DNA of 64,000 bases from Antedon mediterranea (Eukaryota; Animalia; Echinodermata), in the NCBI RefSeq assembly GCF_964355755.1, contig NC_092674.1, positions 19,654,001-19,718,000 on the forward strand, read 5' to 3'. The notes beneath the pieces were generated by a model. That model saw nothing but the letters and a program-made list of their open reading frames with translations. It made no database searches and was not told where the DNA came from. The number at the start of each line of letters is the position of its first letter. Position 1 is the first letter of the stretch. Of this stretch, positions 61,801-64,000 are shown in pieces. A program made the position numbers and the translations under genes.

Positions 61801-63334
61801 AATCAAAGCCAGTGAGGTTTACTGCTGCTACTCCTAAACCCAGAAGTCCAGAGAGTGCAGAAGACATAGAGTGGAGTCCATCAACTCAAGGTAAGATGTG
61901 TCTTTCATATAACAAGCTTCACTGTAAGGTAACTGCTAAGTTGAAAAAGAAACACATTTTGTATTTGTTTGCAATTTTCCTCTTTGGTGTGTAATTTATG
62001 TTACTGAAAAAAATAGATTAAAGAAATAAATGTGTTTATAAATTAAACAGTTTAATTGATTGATTTATTAACAGTTTTGTTACCATGGCTATTTAAAAAA
62101 AAAATTTGAACAGATCAGAAATTATATATTAATATTGTTTTGTTGTTATGAAATTATGAATTTTAATGTTAAAACTTTGGCAGAAGAAAGTGAGAATTGA
62201 CATGCTTTGTACCCGTAACCCAATAGCCAAGTTTCATGGGCACATACCACAGACAAGCAGATATTTTATGTTGTCAATTGCCATCTCATTATCTATTTTA
62301 TTCATATATATTCACATCATATTCAACAAAAACATTTTTTTTTCAGGAACGACACCTGAAGGTCGGAAGGCTTGCAGCCATAAATGTGCAAACAAGGGTT
62401 CTTGTGGTCATTTGTGTTGTAGAATTGGAGTGGCTATTAAACCAGCATCAAGATCAAAAGCAGCAAAAAGGCAGCTGGATATGATGAGTGGAACTACACC
62501 ATTAAAACAGAAAAGCATGACTTTGTTTTTAAATCAGCTTCATGCTAGGGCTAAGTGTATGCCTCAAATTCAGAGGCGACGAGAAACGCAGGACATTCCA
62601 CCTCATACATTTTCGGTAATATATATATATGTATCATCATTTAAGTTCAAAAGTTATTAAAATGTAACAATGAACTGAAATTACCAGGATAAGATAAACA
62701 ATTAGAACATTCATATTATTTGATGAAATTAAGTTTTGGTTTCTTTTGTTACAGATGAATCAAGAACAACTGGATGATACTAGAAAGACTTTGATGAATC
62801 AAGAACAACTGGATGATACTAGAAAGACTTTGATGAATCAAGAACAACTGGATGATACTAGAAAGACTTTGATGAATCAAGAACAACTGGATGATACTCC
62901 AAAGACTTTGAATAAGTTTAGATTTAAATCGAAAAAATGTAAAATGACATCTATATACACTGAACAAATCAACTCGTCAAGTGCTCTTGTATCTGTAGAT
63001 GAAATAATAGACCTTCCACCTAGTGATTGCTGCCAGTCTAGAACACAGTCTTCCTCCAACAGTACTAATAGTTTCAACACAATGCCCAGGTATTCTGCGA
63101 AATCACCAGATAGAGCAACTCCTAGAGATACTGCAGATTTACATACGGCAGAGCAAGGGAATACTCTGGCAAAGAGCAGAGTACAGACCAAGAAGCGAGC
63201 TAATACAGCAATGTTTGGTACACGTCCAGCAAAGACTCCATCAGCCTGTCCAGCAACCCCAGCAAGAGGATGGGAGCATTTAGATGTGTATCATAAAAAC
63301 CGCAGTAAAATCATTCAAGACCAACACTTTTTGG
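34875..63334 (+). CDS. HFM1: Meiotic ATP-dependent DNA helicase HFM1/MER3 (Ski2-like DExH, Sec63, C4 zinc finger); 3' end beyond window
   Basis: Phase-consistent exons: 34875-34969,37148-37266,37696-37852,38812-38918,39169-39228,39485-39552,40008-40134,40536-40687,42139-42219,42484-42636,43055-43101,45287-45440,46200-46329,46622-46723,47098-47291,47693-47739,48156-48340,49137-49220,49456-49547,52131-52285,53118-53215,53749-53963,54192-54275,58641-58792,58979-59082,61693-61890,62347-62615,62755-63334. Motifs: APTGSGKT, TTPEKWD, DEVH, SAT, HHAG, TSTLAFGVNLPA, QMMGRAGRPQFD, NRHPPFG, YVGLD, CSHKC..CGHLCC. The first four exons are less certain. Confidence 0.93.
35221..36048 (+). mobile_element. 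CR1 LINE 3' fragment in HFM1 intron
   Basis: WQLPFN..KC, DLGV, RPTLEYCS.VW, HYTRGH, RVVNDWN motifs with stops/frameshift; short repeated tail. Confidence 0.85.
37967..38283. mobile_element. Small MITE-like inverted-repeat element
   Basis: ATCATTACGTGTACAGCCCCATTAGA vs TCTAATGGGGATGTACACCTAATGAT. Confidence 0.45.
39229..39484 (+). other. U12-type (minor spliceosome) GT-AG intron in HFM1
   Basis: 5' site GTATCCTTT; branch-point-like TTTCTTAAT ~11 nt before CAG; reading frame joins as ..AEL-P-EKYRNIF. Confidence 0.8.
40745..41975. mobile_element. hAT-like MITE
   Basis: TIR CAGTGGCGTATCCAG / CTGGATACGCCACTG; perfect 8-bp TSD ATTATAAC (40737-40744, 41976-41983). Confidence 0.85.
43444..45215 (-). 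mobile_element. Penelope-like retroelement (RT + GIY-YIG), 5'-truncated, with inverted pLTR
   Basis: Uninterrupted ORF ~44995 to 43552: SFDV.SLFT, GIAMGSP, RYVDD, FLD, YRKPTHT..YL.F.S.HP, GVIYEVNC..C..YIGET. 43456-43645 is mirrored at 44996-45184. 12-bp TSD ATAAACTAGGTT (43432-43443/45216-45227). Confidence 0.92.
45085..45125 (+). ncRNA. Minimal hammerhead-ribozyme-like motif in Penelope pLTR (mirror copy 43515-43555, - strand)
   Basis: CTGAAG(C)A-GCTGAC-AGATT-GTCGGC-GAAA-CG-TC; core reads CUGAAGC instead of CUGANGA. Confidence 0.55.
48524..48991 (+). mobile_element. Kolobok-like MITE family 1, copy 2 (internally deleted)
   Basis: Homologous to 23682-24276. Confidence 0.65.
50256..51836. 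mobile_element. Probable solo LTR (Gypsy-like) with nested MITE
   Basis: TG...CA termini, 4-bp TSD CCCG (50252-50255/51837-51840); ~950 bp once the nested MITE is removed. Confidence 0.6.
50441..51067 (+). mobile_element. Kolobok-like MITE family 2, copy 1
   Basis: TTAA TSD, TIR AGCCCCATTCCCT / AGGGAAGGGGTCT; near-identical to 52416-53040. Confidence 0.8.
51854..51995. mobile_element. Short PIF/Harbinger-like MITE
   Basis: AGCTCTGTCTACACTATC / GATAGTATAGCAACAAAGCT imperfect TIR, TTA on both sides. Confidence 0.5.
52416..53040 (+). mobile_element. Kolobok-like MITE family 2, copy 2
   Basis: TTAA TSD; near-identical to 50441-51067; decayed relatives at ~53385-53617 and ~38400-38640 (-). Confidence 0.8.
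54416..54929. mobile_element. ISL2EU-like MITE
   Basis: ~50-bp TIR AGAGAGGTTTCGCAA..CGGATACGTCA; AT dinucleotide on both sides. Confidence 0.65.
55316..55940. mobile_element. Foldback MITE
   Basis: ~140-bp imperfect TIRs starting GGTCCTA / ending TAGGACC. Confidence 0.6.
55961..57711. mobile_element. Mutator-like (MULE) foldback element
   Basis: GGGTGTG...CACACCC long TIRs with CGACC subrepeats; 10-bp TSD CCTTCGCGAG (55951-55960/57712-57721). Confidence 0.75.
56701..57579 (-). mobile_element. PIF/Harbinger deletion derivative with Myb/SANT remnant
   Basis: ~37-bp TIR, TTA TSD; 57265-57101(-) reads MKRVTWKSTEVADLISLWGSPEF..NKMAVFKENASKL. Confidence 0.75.
58330..58590 (-). mobile_element. 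CORE-type SINE with L2-like tail (decayed)
   Basis: AAGTATCTTGCCTAAGGATAC and TACAGCTGGGTGG motifs; GCGCTATAT tail on the - strand. Confidence 0.5.
59300..59730 (+). mobile_element. LINE 3' fragment (CR1/L2/Jockey group)
   Basis: RR..DL.FLYK..FNVP.R..RL..LYN C-terminal pattern, AT-rich 3' UTR, AATAAA. Confidence 0.55.
59761..61317 (-). mobile_element. Non-autonomous canonical Helitron
   Basis: On - strand: A|TCTATATAT 5' end (61317); 3' hairpin CTAGATGGTACGCGAGCGAAGCGAGCGTGCCATCTAG|T; internal ~261-bp tandem duplication at 60340-60860. Confidence 0.7.
62755..62912 (+). repeat. Coding 39-bp minisatellite x4 (MNQEQLDDTRKTL) in HFM1
   Basis: Three perfect copies and one variant, in frame, at the start of the exon. 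Confidence 0.9.
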
Positions 63335-63499
63335 GTAAATTTATTATATTTATATTATTCATTCATTCATCTTTTATTTCGGAAAAGAAAAAAATTCTCC
63401 ATAGTTCAGTAACAAATTAGTGTACATTATTGTAAATATAACAAATATATATATATATGTAGATATATAAAAAAAAAAAAAAAAACCTACGCCACATAG

Positions 63500-64000
63500 T
63501 CACGTGGTTAGAACAATAGCTTTATCCATCTACCATGTAGATTGGATGAAGGAAAAGCAAATTCATGAATACATTTTATGACAATATTGTCTGACCTCCC
63601 TAAACCTGCACAACATGGCAAACACCACCTTACGTTGTAGTTCGTAGAACGAGCAGATGTGGTTTTCTACAAACATGGTGCTGGCACTGCATGACCTAGG
63701 TTCATTAAGGAGCAGGCGTAAGGCATTGTTGAAGCACACCTTTAGTGCTTCCATAGATTTTACATTAAAATTTGCCCACAGAGAAGCACAGTATAAGTTA
63801 TTACAATATGTTTTAAACAAAAAACACTTTATGTTTTTAGAGCATTTTGAGAAAGTTCTACATAGTGTAATAGCTCTAATGCACAATGACCTGTACTGTC
63901 GTTTGATATCCGTATCATCTTTCAAATCGGGTGTCAAAGTGTGACCCAAGTAATTAAAAACTCTAACAAAGTCAAGTTCCGTCTCAAATAAGTTTAAAGT
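63500..64000 (-). mobile_element. Non-LTR retrotransposon RT C-terminal fragment
   Basis: YLGH..DD.DI.RQ..F.KCS..K..LF..YC..Y..LW pattern; runs off the window. Confidence 0.75.

Overview
AT-rich, intron-rich eukaryotic DNA; a marine invertebrate deuterostome, probably an echinoderm, is a tentative guess from a Deu/Nin-type SINE and TAGGCCTA-rich promoter DNA. Two host genes lie on the + strand. (1) A putative secreted poly-EGF gene (~9216-26054): its core is a ~5.6 kb tandem array of 19 near-identical exon+intron units (~278 bp), each encoding an unusual 8-cysteine EGF module; the positions of the extra cysteines suggest inter-domain disulfide stapling. (2) The meiotic helicase HFM1/MER3 (28 coding exons read from 34875 to 63334, continuing past the window), with a U12-type intron and duplicated splice donors. 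The rest is densely nested transposons: Helentron/HINE-type elements that repeatedly carry tRNA-like Pol III cassettes, a canonical Helitron, a young Penelope element with an inverted pLTR and hammerhead motifs, Rex/Babar, CR1/L2 and RTEX-like LINE fragments, hAT, Kolobok, Academ, Ginger, MULE, Harbinger and ISL2EU-like MITEs, a solo LTR and a ~130-bp satellite. All calls were made by eye; no database searches were run.
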